DNA from: Rhynchopus sp. YZ270_cl-10 | Taxonomy: Eukaryota | Length of the DNA: 64,000 bases | Direction: 5' to 3' | NCBI GenBank assembly: GCA_964035575.1 | Contig: OZ037841.1 | Span: 806,001 to 870,000, forward strand | Shown here: one piece after another, positions 50,943-61,923 of the stretch | Layout of the letters: each line of letters opens with the position of its first letter | How positions within the stretch are numbered: position 1 is the stretch's first letter | Position numbers and translations under genes: made by a program | Notes under the pieces: generated by a model | Told to the model about the DNA's origin: nothing | What the model saw: the letters and a program-made list of their open reading frames with translations, nothing else | The model's database searches: none

Positions 50943-53900
50943 ATGACCGACACAGCAGGAGACGTTAAGCCCGAGGTGGAGCAGGTATGCCTATGTTCAA
51001 ATCTATAAGGGTCCAAACAAAACACAGGGTGGGGGTAAAAACCAAAATTTCAGATTTTGGGATTTTTGGATTTCTGGGTTTTGGAATTTCGGAGGGGAGA
51101 TCACTCTTAAGTTTTTACCCCTCTCACCTGTGTTTTGTTGGCCCGTTGTCATAATGACAAAATATCTTTGGGGGGTTTTTTTTTTCAGGGAAACAATGCG
51201 TTGTAGAGAGACTCCTTAAGTACCCGCTCGAGTGGGTTTCAAGGGACTGTTGATCGAAAAAGTAAATAAACAGTGAAGACTGTTTATTTGACAGCTACAC
51301 TAATCCAATAAATTATCAAAAAAAATTAATTTCTTCAACGCATTGAGTCATATATTCTAATTACCTTGCTAAGGTGGGGTACGGTGTTTTATTTATGGAA
51401 TAACAACAAAAAAAATGGTCAAAAAATAGTGGAGCTCATCCTCGGGTGTCTACACTAATGCAAACCAAATTTCTTCCCCAAAGTCTCTCATAAAAAAAGA
51501 CAAATGATACAGCTCTCAGCTCCTTGTTCATATCTCGCCTCTTACGCAATTTGTGTCCCTCTCCCACTCCAGTGTGGTTTTGTTCTTCTTCTCCCCTGCT
51601 CCTTCAATCACCCCTTCTCTCTCTTTGCTACCTCAGCAGGAACGTTAGCTTTGCCTAAAGTCTCCACAAATCCAGTCCTCCCGTTTAAACGTGGAGGGTT
51701 GTGTGCAGGGCTAGTAAAGAGAAAGAGGGGAGGGAGTTAATGGGGGGAAAAAAACGAATCTTACCACTGGAGTGGAGAAGGGGACAGGTTGTTAAAAGGA
51801 GAATCGTAGTGTGGACTGGGGTTGGTTTTTGTGTTTTTGTTCTTTTTTTGATGAGATTTTTTTTGGGGGGAAAAAAAGGGGGGTTATTTGAAAAAACTTG
51901 GACAATTTTTTTGGTCTTTCAAATTTACACCAAATGTTTGCGTTGTACTGTTGGAAGGGGAGGTAGCTTCGCTCAAAAAATGAAGAAAAATTTGAACAAA
52001 ATCTGCACATTGTCAAAAAAGTTGTCAACTCAAAAAAAACGCCTTAGAACCTAGGGTTCTAAGCTGGACAAATTTTCCTGAAGCACCTGATATCTAGCAA
52101 TATGGTGGGGTCGCGAAGCCTCCATTGTGTGAGACACATCACACGGGCATCGTGCACTGGAGGAAAGCTGTTTGCACACAGGGCGAACCTCAAAGGAAGA
52201 AAGACACTGCTGGCGGAAGCATTGTGCCTGTGGTGGGTGTCGGGTGTGACCTGATGTCCCTCAAGAGCCAGATAGGTTATACATGTCAACACAACAAAGT
52301 GTCGTGCGACAGATTCGGAAAATGGGGATAATGTGCTAGTATCACCCCTACTAAATCTGTGCCTAAAGCAGTATCCGCAGCGGTCAGGTTCTGGAGGTGT
52401 CCAATAAAGTGTTGCTTGTAAAGGGTGCAAGGAAGCGGTTGAGACTGCCTGGGTGTTAAGGCAAATGCCGTCCAAAAAAGTGTGCCAGTTTTGCCAGCTC
52501 CTTGCATGAGGTTGTGGATGTCCTCTGAACCCAGAGGTCACTGAGTGACCAAACATGGCCAATATGATGGCAGCGCATACTGGGCCCGGCAGGAGGGAGG
52601 CTAAGCGTCTCGTCTCAAGGAACAGAATGTCTCCTTGACCGGTGGCACATCGTGGACATGTGTACTTTGTTTTGTTGTGTGTCCGAAGATGCAACATCCG
52701 GGGATTCGACCCGCGGAGTGTCAGTGTCTGCGACCCAGAGGCGTTTTGCGCCATCATTTTTTGATTTGCCTGCCTCAGCAAACGGAATGCGAAAGGGGAC
52801 CATTCAAGGGGGGAGGAAGTAGCACCCATCTGTTGGGTGCTCTCTTCTCACCCTTCACCTTGCCAATCACGGTGACTAAGCGAAGAGGCTTAGGTTCATC
52901 ACTTTGAGGTGTGACGTGATAGTGCTGGTTCCATTCCAAGACAGCAAGAGGGTAGAATACAGGGCTCAAGCCCTGTATTCTCACAACAATATTCCCAGAC
53001 CGTAAACCCGTGACGCATGAGTGACACATGGGCCGTTCGGTCAAGAACGATCGAAACGAGTGTTTGGAAGGTGCAGGGCAGAGGAGGAGTCGCGGGATGA
53101 CTCCAAGGTCAGCAACCTTGTCCTCCTTTTGTGCACACGCTCCCTCGCACGATTCAGTGCCCTGCGTTATTTTAGTCACATTTGAATCAGATGCCGCCCA
53201 CAGTGTTCTGAGTCGCACACCAAGTACACTGTACACGAGAGCTTCAAGACACATTTAGAAAGCGCCAAAAACGGCGACGAATGCAGAGTTTTGAGGACGA
53301 GGTTGGGTGAGGGGGTGAGGCTAGTTGAGAGCATCTGAGGCGTTGCCTCAGGCACTATCCCTGATCACCTGCTGCTGATCAACACTGCGACAAAAGACAC
53401 AGCCCGGGTTTCAAACCCCTCTGTTCCTGCACTGTCCCTAGCCGTCACTGGCAGTGTAATAGCTTCAATGCTTCTTCCTGGAGGGGGCAGAACAGCCCAC
53501 AACAGGTTCAAGCTTGACCTGTACCCTCAAGACACTCAATCCTCCGAACGGTGAGGAAAGAGAGGGCTTGCCCTCCTACAAGACAGTCTCGGTCAGATGC
53601 GCTCTCTGACCGTGGCATGATGTGCACTGCCCAGATCGCAGAGAGAAGCTCTGGCGGTCACATCGACGTGTGTGGTGCAGTGTAAGCGCATCTTCAGGGT
53701 GTCCCATACTAATACAAACGAAGTTTTTTTTTAACTGTCGTTGGGTTGAGGATGACCTGATATGCATCTAATACCTTTCGCGATTCATTTAGCCTTTCGG
53801 GCAACTTTGTTTGTACAGAACCCTCTCTTCGGATAGAGTGCTGTGTTTTGTCAAGCAAAGCCGTCGTTTCTCTTCTTCGGTGCTGACATCTCCCACAGAG

Positions 53901-55674
53901 CGAGATGTTAGTACGGTAGATCCTCGTCTCGGTTTTCTTCTGGTGTAGTTGCACCCTGAACCCTCCTGCTTTTCCTGCTCTCCTTGCAAGGAATGAATGC
54001 TTTCAACTTTACTGAAGGATTTATTCTGGAAAGGCAAGAAACGGAAAAAAAGGAACCTGCAAAAATGAACAAATGTCCACACCAAGTGTCTCTCTCACAC
54101 CTCTGGCGCGGGCGCGCTTCGGTTCTCGCGTCTATGGTGAATGTATCTTTCATCTCTTCCACTTTAGGGATTGAGGTGTTATGCGTCCGTTCGTTGAATA
54201 CAGCTGTCGTCGGGGAAAAAGAAGTAGAAACTGCCTTGCAAAAATGGTGCCTAAGAAAACAACGAAAAAAGAGCTCCTTTTTTTCTTGTTTTCTTGGTGC
54301 TTTGCTGTAGGTGCACACGCGTCTTGATGTTATTTTTGCGGTGTACATCTGTTCACCTCAGTGTTCGCACGATTCACGATCGTTTTCACCACCGCGTCGC
54401 GTTAGCTCTCTATTGAACAATTCCTTAACACTCTGTGTTAAGGTTTTAAGGTTGCTTGGTCACCCGTGAAACTCAACAACCGGGTTTGTGAGGTGGTAAT
54501 AGCTATTTCCCTCCCTCGAACCGCGCTTGCAGGGTTTCAGAACCCGTGGGCCACACGGTGGTGCACACGTGGTCATTACAGTGCTATGTAAACCACGTTT
54601 TCACACCCAACAACGGCAAAGGCATTATGGGCGAAAACCACCCAAAAACCCAGAGAGGTTTGCCCGCACAACTGGCTGCGTTTGGTAGCCACTCGTTGCG
54701 TTGATTGCGTTCGGTTCGTTGCGTTCAGATAGGTTCGGTTCGGCCCACAACTGGGACGAGCCCAAGGCAGGTGGGCTACCACTCGTTGCACGTTGCGTGT
54801 GTCTCGTATCTTTGCGTAATAAGCGCATTTTGCGAGTAGCGACAACAGCCGGTGTGTTACGTTCAGACCGTTGCGTTCATCAACCACACCAGCGAGAAAA
54901 CCCAAATTTATGGTTAGAAAAAAAAATCTTCCTGAGTGGAAGTGCGTCTTGTGGCCAACCAATGCGACTTTTCGGGGACTTTTCGCGTGTGATGATTATC
55001 ATGACTTCACCCAGGACACTTCTGATGCATGGAGAAGAGAGAAGGTGGCTGATGTGGAAATCGGAGTGGGTGTGCAACCTAGATGCTGTCCCTCCTCTAC
55101 AAATTCGACAATGTGCAGCTGACTGGTATATGGTAAAATGTGAGTCAAAATGAAAAGCGCGGTGTTCTACAAAACGTGTCAGTTTTCAGTCTTTGTGGAA
55201 CACCAAAATCAGCAACAAAAAGCTTTTTTTTTTTTAACCTTCGGACGCTGGTCACTTATTTCGGCGCTAATATATGTCCGAGTATCCACCGTTTTGCCGG
55301 ATTTCATTTCTTTCGAATTTATAGATGCAAACCACGAACTGGATCGTAGGACTGCATGGTTGGGGTGGACTCTCACGTGCATCGTTCACAGGGATTTGTA
55401 TTTCAAACAACATTTTATTTTATCATTTTTTCTGTTTTAGGTGTCTCTGAAGGTTGTGAACGCGGACGGAGCAGAAGTGTACTTCAAGATCAGAAGGAAC
55501 ACCCCCCTTAAGAAGCTCATGGACGCATACTGCAAGAAGCAGGGTGTCAGCAGACCCTCCGTGCGTTTCCTTTTCGACGGCGCACCGCTGAACGAGGTCA
55601 AGACCCCTGACGACCTTGACATTGAGAACGAAGACGTTATCGACGCAATGATCGAACAGACCGGGGGATGCTAA
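50943..55674 (+). CDS. SUMO: SUMO (Smt3), 91 aa; exons 50943-50984 and 55441-55674
   Basis: Exon 2 VSLKVVNADGAEVYFKI...RFLFDG...EQTGG-C is a clear SUMO, preceded by TTTTAG and lacking an ATG. The upstream exon MTDTAGDVKPEVEQ ends at GTATGC in phase 0 and carries a psi-KxE motif (VKPE). The exon-1 link is inferred. Confidence 0.88.
51009..51144. mobile_element. ~135-bp MITE-like element with ~34-bp imperfect TIRs
   Basis: GGGTCCAAACAAAACACAGGGTGGGGGTAAAAAC ... GTTTTTACCCCTCTCACCTGTGTTTTGTTGGCCC. No clear TSD. Confidence 0.65.
52080..53555 (+). pseudogene. Degraded Helitron Rep/PIF1-helicase remnant; boundaries approximate
   Basis: 53438-53516 encodes LAVTGSVIASMLLPGGGRTAHNRFKL, close to the Helitron PIF1 motif LAVASSGIAALLLPGGRTAHSRFKI. 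Weaker upstream echoes (AVETAWVL, NECLEGA) occur in the expected order. Confidence 0.6.
53580..54350 (-). pseudogene. Degraded hAT-like transposase remnant
   Basis: Ordered fragments WCGHLF (CxxH-like), LPERLNE (SPxR-like) and HHTRRC (TRW-like) across frameshifts. It is paralogous to 38230-38577. Confidence 0.4.
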
Positions 55675-56497
55675 TCGTTAAAAAAAAAGTACAGCATTCA
55701 TTTCCCCTAGGGGAGAAGCGTGTTGGGGTAGGGATGGGTAGGGATTTTTTTTTTGTCTCTTTTTTAAAGTGCTTCAGCAAATGCTAAAGTACATCAAATT
55801 TCCCCCCTTTTTTCCTACCTAAAAAAAGTTCGGGATGTTGTTGGGAGAAGAAAAAAAAGCATGGGGTCTTTGTACACCATGTGTGTGTGTTTTTTTGGGC
55901 CTGTACGGAAGGTTGTTGTAAATAGCTTTTTTTTTTTTTTTTTTTTTTGAATGTCTCCCCCCCAGCAATTTTATGTACAGGGAATGTGGGTCATTGTGTC
56001 CAGCCTTTTTTTCAAAAAGGTGCCGTTTTTTTTTCCTCTTTTTTTTTCCCCTTTTTAGATGTGTGTGTGCGTGCATAGTTGGGGGGCACATCCATCTTGC
56101 AACTTTATTTTGTTATGTGTTTTTTTTGTCCAGAAACCAGGTCACTCTTTGTGGACGTGGTTGGGTGTGTTTGTTGGTGCTCAAAAAGAATACTCACCCC
56201 TCTCTCAACCACCCCTTTATTTTACAGTACCCGGATTTTTGTATAACTGCATTTCATCCAGCTAGGGGTCAGTCGGTGCCTGCATCAAATAACTTCACTT
56301 TGTATTTCGAGACCTGTCTTTCATAAGATTATTCCTCTTCATAGGCGTAGGACAAAGTTTGGGTACATTTAGTACCCTATTATACCTTCTATTCAGTAGA
56401 ATAGTTAGAATATGAACCAATAAGATTATTCCTCTTCACAGACGTACACATCGCATTGCTCCAGCTTGCAACTCTATCAATCCCCCCTTACCCCACA

Positions 56498-57427
56498 ATG
56501 TCGAAACGCAAAGGCTCCTGGAACGGAGAAGGTGCCAGCAAAAGACAACGCTTCTCAACTAACCTTGGCGGGGCCCGCGCACTGACCCCTGGACAGCAGG
56601 GGGTATGCTTTACCATTGACCCCTTTAAGGAGGGGCAGGCGATGAAGGAAATTAAAGGACTCATGGCGAGGTACGTACAACGTGATGAGGAGCCCGAGGA
56701 TGATGACAACATGGATATTACTGACATTTCGAGTATGTTAAAAGCGGAGCTCGCTGATGAGAAGAAAAAGCCTGATGGGATTGGCAGCTTTGTGTCTACT
56801 GGAAGTCGTGGGAATCTGTTTTACCGCATTCCAGACAAAGAACATTACCCCGCGTCAGTCGTTGTAGCACGAATTGTTGAAGGGTTGAAAAAGTCTGGCC
56901 TTGCGGAGACAAGGTTTGTGTATAAAATGCAGCCAATTTTTTTGACCGTCGCAGCGCACCCTGAAGCAATTGAAAGAGAGTTAGGGAAAGAGATCACACA
57001 GTATGTGGAAGGAGTGCCAAACACCCCAACCACCCTCGTCAAATGGTCGTTGGTGTGGAATAAAAAGTCGAACAGTGATGCTGCTCTGGACAGGGTGATT
57101 CTCGCAAACAAACTTCACCCCCTTTTCGCATCCTCACGCTTTATAGTAGACCTGAAACGGCCTCAAACTGCAGTGCTTGTGTCAATCTTTAAAACTGTTG
57201 CTTGCTTGGGGCTTGCAACAGACTTTCAGATACATTGTGAATATAACATTCACAAAATTACTCGCAAGGATGGGGAAGGGATTAAAAACGCAGAAAGCAG
57301 TACACCAGCACCCAAGGAGACAGTACCAGAGGAGGGTGCTGATGAAACAAAGGCAGAGACAACAACAGAAACTGAGCCTGAGGCGATCAAGGAGACACCG
57401 GAGGGCGACACCCCGAAGGAGGAATAG
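56498..57427 (+). CDS. THUMP-domain protein, THUMPD1/Tan1-like, 309 aa
   Basis: N-terminal KRK NLS-like segment, GVCFTIDPFKEGQAMKE, TRFVYKMQPI, VDLKRPQTAVLVSIFKTVACLG and an acidic tail. Start taken at CACAATG. Confidence 0.85.
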   Translation: MSKRKGSWNGEGASKRQRFSTNLGGARALTPGQQGVCFTIDPFKEGQAMKEIKGLMARYVQRDEEPEDDDNMDITDISSMLKAELADEKKKPDGIGSFVSTGSRGNLFYRIPDKEHYPASVVVARIVEGLKKSGLAETRFVYKMQPIFLTVAAHPEAIERELGKEITQYVEGVPNTPTTLVKWSLVWNKKSNSDAALDRVILANKLHPLFASSRFIVDLKRPQTAVLVSIFKTVACLGLATDFQIHCEYNIHKITRKDGEGIKNAESSTPAPKETVPEEGADETKAETTTETEPEAIKETPEGDTPKEE

Positions 57428-58118
57428 ACAAAGATCCAGGGGGGGAGGGGAAGTTTTTTAAAAAAGCGATCATCCACGAAAAGAGACGTCAACGCATTGT
57501 CAATTTTTCAAAAAAAAAAAGAAAAGGAAAAAAGAGCTGCTCTCTGCAATGACCCTCGATAATGCCTTGTGCAAAATATGTGTATGCACGCAAATCATAT
57601 TCATCTTTTTCGCTTTTTTTTTAGAGGAGCAAGCGGCAAGCGGCAAGGGGAAAGGAACGATGAGGAGGGAGACAGAAGGATGCATGTCTCAAAAGCGGGT
57701 GCTTTTTTTCCAAAAAAAAAAAGAATGCATTGCTAGGATCAAGAGGGTAGTTGTTGTGGTTTGTGTTGTAAGCTACATCCAACGTTATGAAACACGTGGA
57801 GGAACACTACAGGGTATGGGAAACTTAGTCGGGAGGGGAATATAAAATCAAATGTTTTGCACTAGCCTCTCCAGCGAGACACCTCCCACACCCCCCCACC
57901 CCTCTCCCTTAGACTATCAGAGTCCCATCACCTAGTGGCACAGCGTTGCGTTATTGCAATTACCCAGACCCTCCTCATTCCTATCCAACCCCATCCTTTT
58001 TATTCACCACCCCAATCTTAGTGTCGCCGTGATCCTCTACACATGTCGTTGATGACCCAACATAACCATGCTATGTTTCTTGCCGATTATGGTCACAACC
58101 TTGACATCTTCACACTTT

Positions 58119-58191
58119 ACACCCATCCTCGCTATGCACGCTGGCGGACATGCCTTCAGTGTACGTAAGGGTGGGGAGAGAGAGAGAGAAA
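58119..58191 (+). repeat. 73-bp hairpin element, copy 1 (identical to 59394-59466)
   Basis: Base-by-base identity of ACACCCATCCTCGCTATGCACG...GTGGGG(AG)6AAA. Confidence 0.92.
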
Positions 58192-58555
58192 CCGAGGCAC
58201 ACCTTTCCCGCTGTTTTATCGCATAGTCCCCCACACTCTTTTTGCAACCCAACATATCACACAATCACAACCACACCCTGACTACACTAACTTCTTTGTA
58301 CTCAAGCTTATTACATAGCCACAAAAATACCAAAGAAATCTTACAAAGAAATCCTATTACTGGTGTGATTAAGGGGGTACGGACAACCCACGGAAGAACC
58401 ACGGGGGAACCACGGGGAACTGTTTCGGGCTATATTAAGATTTGCGGAGCACCTTCGGGGAACCACGGAGAATCCGCTTGGGTGATCACACCAATTACCT
58501 TACCAATAAGGTTCTTCCTATCCCACTCAGGCAGAAGACCACACATATTAACACA

Positions 58556-60014
58556 ATGTTGAGTTGGGTGAAAAGCCAAGCCTCTGAGGTCTCCTCCGCC
58601 CTGGGGCGTGACCTGGCGGAATTCGCCGACGTTGTTTCGAAGGACACACAGTTCATCATTGAGCGCATAGAGGGTGACGCAAGCCCGGAGCTTGTTAGTG
58701 AAATCGAACAGCTTGAAAACACCCTAGCGACCTACGTAGAGCCTATCGACGTTGAATCCGCTGCATACAAACGTTGGCTTGAAAGCTCGAAGTACTCCTT
58801 GGAAGCTGCGTCCAGTGAGATTGACACTGTTCTCAAAACACGAACCTCAGTGGCAACATACTATGATGAGCTGGTAGGTGATGATTTGTCAGAGGAGGAC
58901 TTCTGGTTGAGGTATTTCTTCCGCCTGCAGGAGGTAAAGGAGCGTACGGCAAAGAGAAAGCTGTTGGATACCATTGACCAGCAGCAGACGCAGCAGTCTG
59001 TGGAGGATGAGTGGGGTGCCTGTATGGACACAGAGCATGATGTTGACGCTGTGCGTGCGATGTTGGCAGAATCGAGAGGAGAATGCAGTACATTGAAGGC
59101 GCGGGTATGCAAAATATGAGGGCATTTTCCCTCCAGATACTGTGTGAATTGTGATCAAAAAAAAACGTGACTTTATGTCCATGAGAGGCTGAAGTTTTCT
59201 GATAAACTGTTCACAAGAGGGCTTTGTATTCGTTTTTGTTTCAATACTTTGCTCCAACAAAGTGGAGGTGCGTCGCACAAAAAAGATATGCAGCAATCAG
59301 CTTTAGTTGTCACATTAAATGTACCTCGTCTTTAGTTTTTTTTACCCCCCTCTTTAGGAGGTATAGGGTTTAAGGTGTATTACTTTAGGATTCACACCCA
59401 TCCTCGCTATGCACGCTGGCGGACATGCCTTCAGTGTACGTAAGGGTGGGGAGAGAGAGAGAGAAAGAGCGGGCAAAGTCAAGAACACCATATTCACAAA
59501 ATATGCAAATCACCTCCTCCCCCCCATCTTCAAACCCCAACGTTCCATCGCGATAACAATGGCAAAATATACGACACATTCATCTTACAAATTGTACACT
59601 AACATCCCCCCACTAACCCACTCTTCTCCCCCTCCTCAGGTACGAGAACTCGAGGCTGAGGTGGCGGCACTTAAAAAGCAGCAGGGGGCTAGCGAGAAGG
59701 GGGCAGTGACTTCCACTTCCACCCCCACCCCTACCCTGACAGCAGCAGAGGGGGCAGAGAAGGCGGACATCACCACCACCACGACGACCACACACATAGA
59801 CACAACATCCCCTGAGGTACAGACAGACACACCTGAGGAGGGCGTACCAGCACCATCGCCATCAGCAGCTCCACCGTCGCCAGCGTGCGAGGAGGCAGGA
59901 AGCGAGGTTGTTGATGTATGCCCTGATGGCACACCGATCGCATGTGGTACAGAGACAAACACCACACCTGCAAAAGACGAGAAGAAAGAGTGGGAGGCGC
60001 TGGCAGAGTGGTAA
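58556..60014 (+). CDS. BSD-domain protein (BSDC1/Dos2-like), 307 aa; exons 58556-59104 and 59640-60014
   Basis: RDLAEF motif and BSD core YYDELVGDDLSEEDFWLRYFFRL. Splicing joins a coiled coil LKAR|VRELEAEVAALKK. Ends in EWEALAEW. Confidence 0.88.
59105..59639 (+). other. Intron of the BSD gene (535 bp, phase 0)
   Basis: GTATGC donor, two CACTAAC branch-like motifs, a pyrimidine tract and CAG. Confidence 0.88.
59394..59466 (+). repeat. 73-bp hairpin element, copy 2 (intronic)
   Basis: Identical to 58119-58191. Confidence 0.92.
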
Positions 60015-61923
60015 GTTTATAGAGCGAAAGAGAGAGAGAGAGAGCATTGGATGGAGAAAAAGGGGAAGGAGGTAGATAAATTGCCCATCATGCAGCTGTA
60101 TTGTGATGTGTATTATGTATGGACAATCAGCAGGGAGGAGGAGGAGGAGGAGGAGGAATGTCTGGAGCAATGATATCCCCCGAATCCATTCAGATGTAAA
60201 CCACGAAATGGGTTGTAGGACCGTATGGGGTAGGGGGTCCCGACGGTGTTATGGTCATGCACCAAAAGGTGCACTGTTCATGAGAGAGGCTTTTCCAGCT
60301 TAGGGAGGTTGGGGAGGTTGTTTAGAATTGGGGATAGGGTAAGGGAAAAAAGAGTGAGTCCTCGGGTAGGTGGGCTCCGTGGGTAGAAGGGGGTGGCGGA
60401 GGGGTGCGATGAAGTGGTTGCGTTTTTTGTGCTTTTGTTGTGGTTGTAAAAAAAATTGCATAGAGTTCCCATGGGGTATTTTTTATGGAAACCGTGTGTG
60501 TTAATGAAGTGCGCTCTGGGGGTTCGAAAAGCCACGGAGTACCATGTGCCTGCATCCGTCGATGAACGGTGAGGCATTTGCACTTTCAACTTCTCATTAT
60601 TTTTTTCTTTTTCATGTACACTGTCACGAGAGGGCTTTGTATTTCAAGTAACAAAAGTTTTTTTGTTGTTTTTTTTTGCACGGTACATTGTTTACATGGT
60701 GGCCAGGTAGCTTTCTGTCCAGATGATGGGGGATGAGGGGTAGGAGGAACTCATGGAGAGAGGTTGCCCTTCCGTCTGCGTGGCATCTTGTTAATCCTTC
60801 CGCCCTCCCTCTTTATTTTTGTTTTGACAAATTGACAACGTACAGACACCACTTGTGTGAACTCCACACTGTTTCTGATTTTTCTTTCTTTTTCTTTTTC
60901 TTTTTTTTGTGTGCAAAATGATAAAGGGGAGAGGTTTGTGATAGCAAATTGAATGTGTGTGCGTCGGTACGCCTTCGCTTTCGTAACTTGCCCGCTACAT
61001 TTTTTGTTTTTGTTTTTTTGTTTTGTTTTTGTTTGTTGTGGATTTGTGACATACATACCAAAGAGAATTCAACAATTTCCTACCCTCACCCTGTAGTGGG
61101 ATCATTTCCCTTTTTTTTTTTTTTTTTTACACATTTTTTTTTTTTGTTTTGTTTTGTTTTTTTGGGCGATTAAGGTGACCTAATCCCGGCTTAGGTTTAC
61201 CACATCAACCATTTTTTCTTTAGGATAATGCACGAGAGGTACATTCATCTGACAAGCCTTTTTATTCCTCCCTTTTTTCAGATGTAAACCACGAAATGGT
61301 TTGGGGGTCCACCCCACGGTGCACCCACCAAAAGGTACACTGTTTTGCGGAGGAGGCTTTTGTGTCTCAAAATAAAATTATCTTCTTTTCAGTGCCTGCG
61401 TCCCAGAGGCGTTTTTTTGCAGATGTCAACTTCACTTTCGTTTCTGCCTCCCACCGCTTTCATCACACCTTCTCCCCTTTGCTGCCTTCTGCAATAGTGT
61501 AGTGTGAGCGGTACAACACAGCTGCTTGCCACTCTCATGACCCAGAGATTACCATAGAAATAAACAAAAGTTGGTCCCTCCCTCCATATTTTCATTGTCA
61601 AATGTAAACTGCGAACTAGCGAAGCATGCCAGAGATGAGATCTAAAACACGCACGATTTCCCCCCCCATCGCAGTTTCAGTGCTTCAATTTGGCTTCGTC
61701 TTTCTGGCTCAATCAAGAAAGGTTAAAGATCTTTGTCGTTCCGAAAACAAAATAAAACGAGCTCCGTTTCGCCTCCCCACAGCGAAGCTGCTCTCACCAC
61801 CCTTCCCCCCACCAGAAACACACAAAAACCAACACATATTAAAGTAACTCTCCCCTTCGCACCTCCCTTCGAGTTTTTTCCCCCCAACTTTCATTTTCCC
61901 TTCCAAACATTAACCTACACACG

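Larger units (their letters stand above)
50985..55440 (+). other. 4456-bp SUMO intron filled with transposon debris
   Basis: GTATGC...TTTTCTGTTTTAG with an in-frame junction. Confidence 0.82.
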
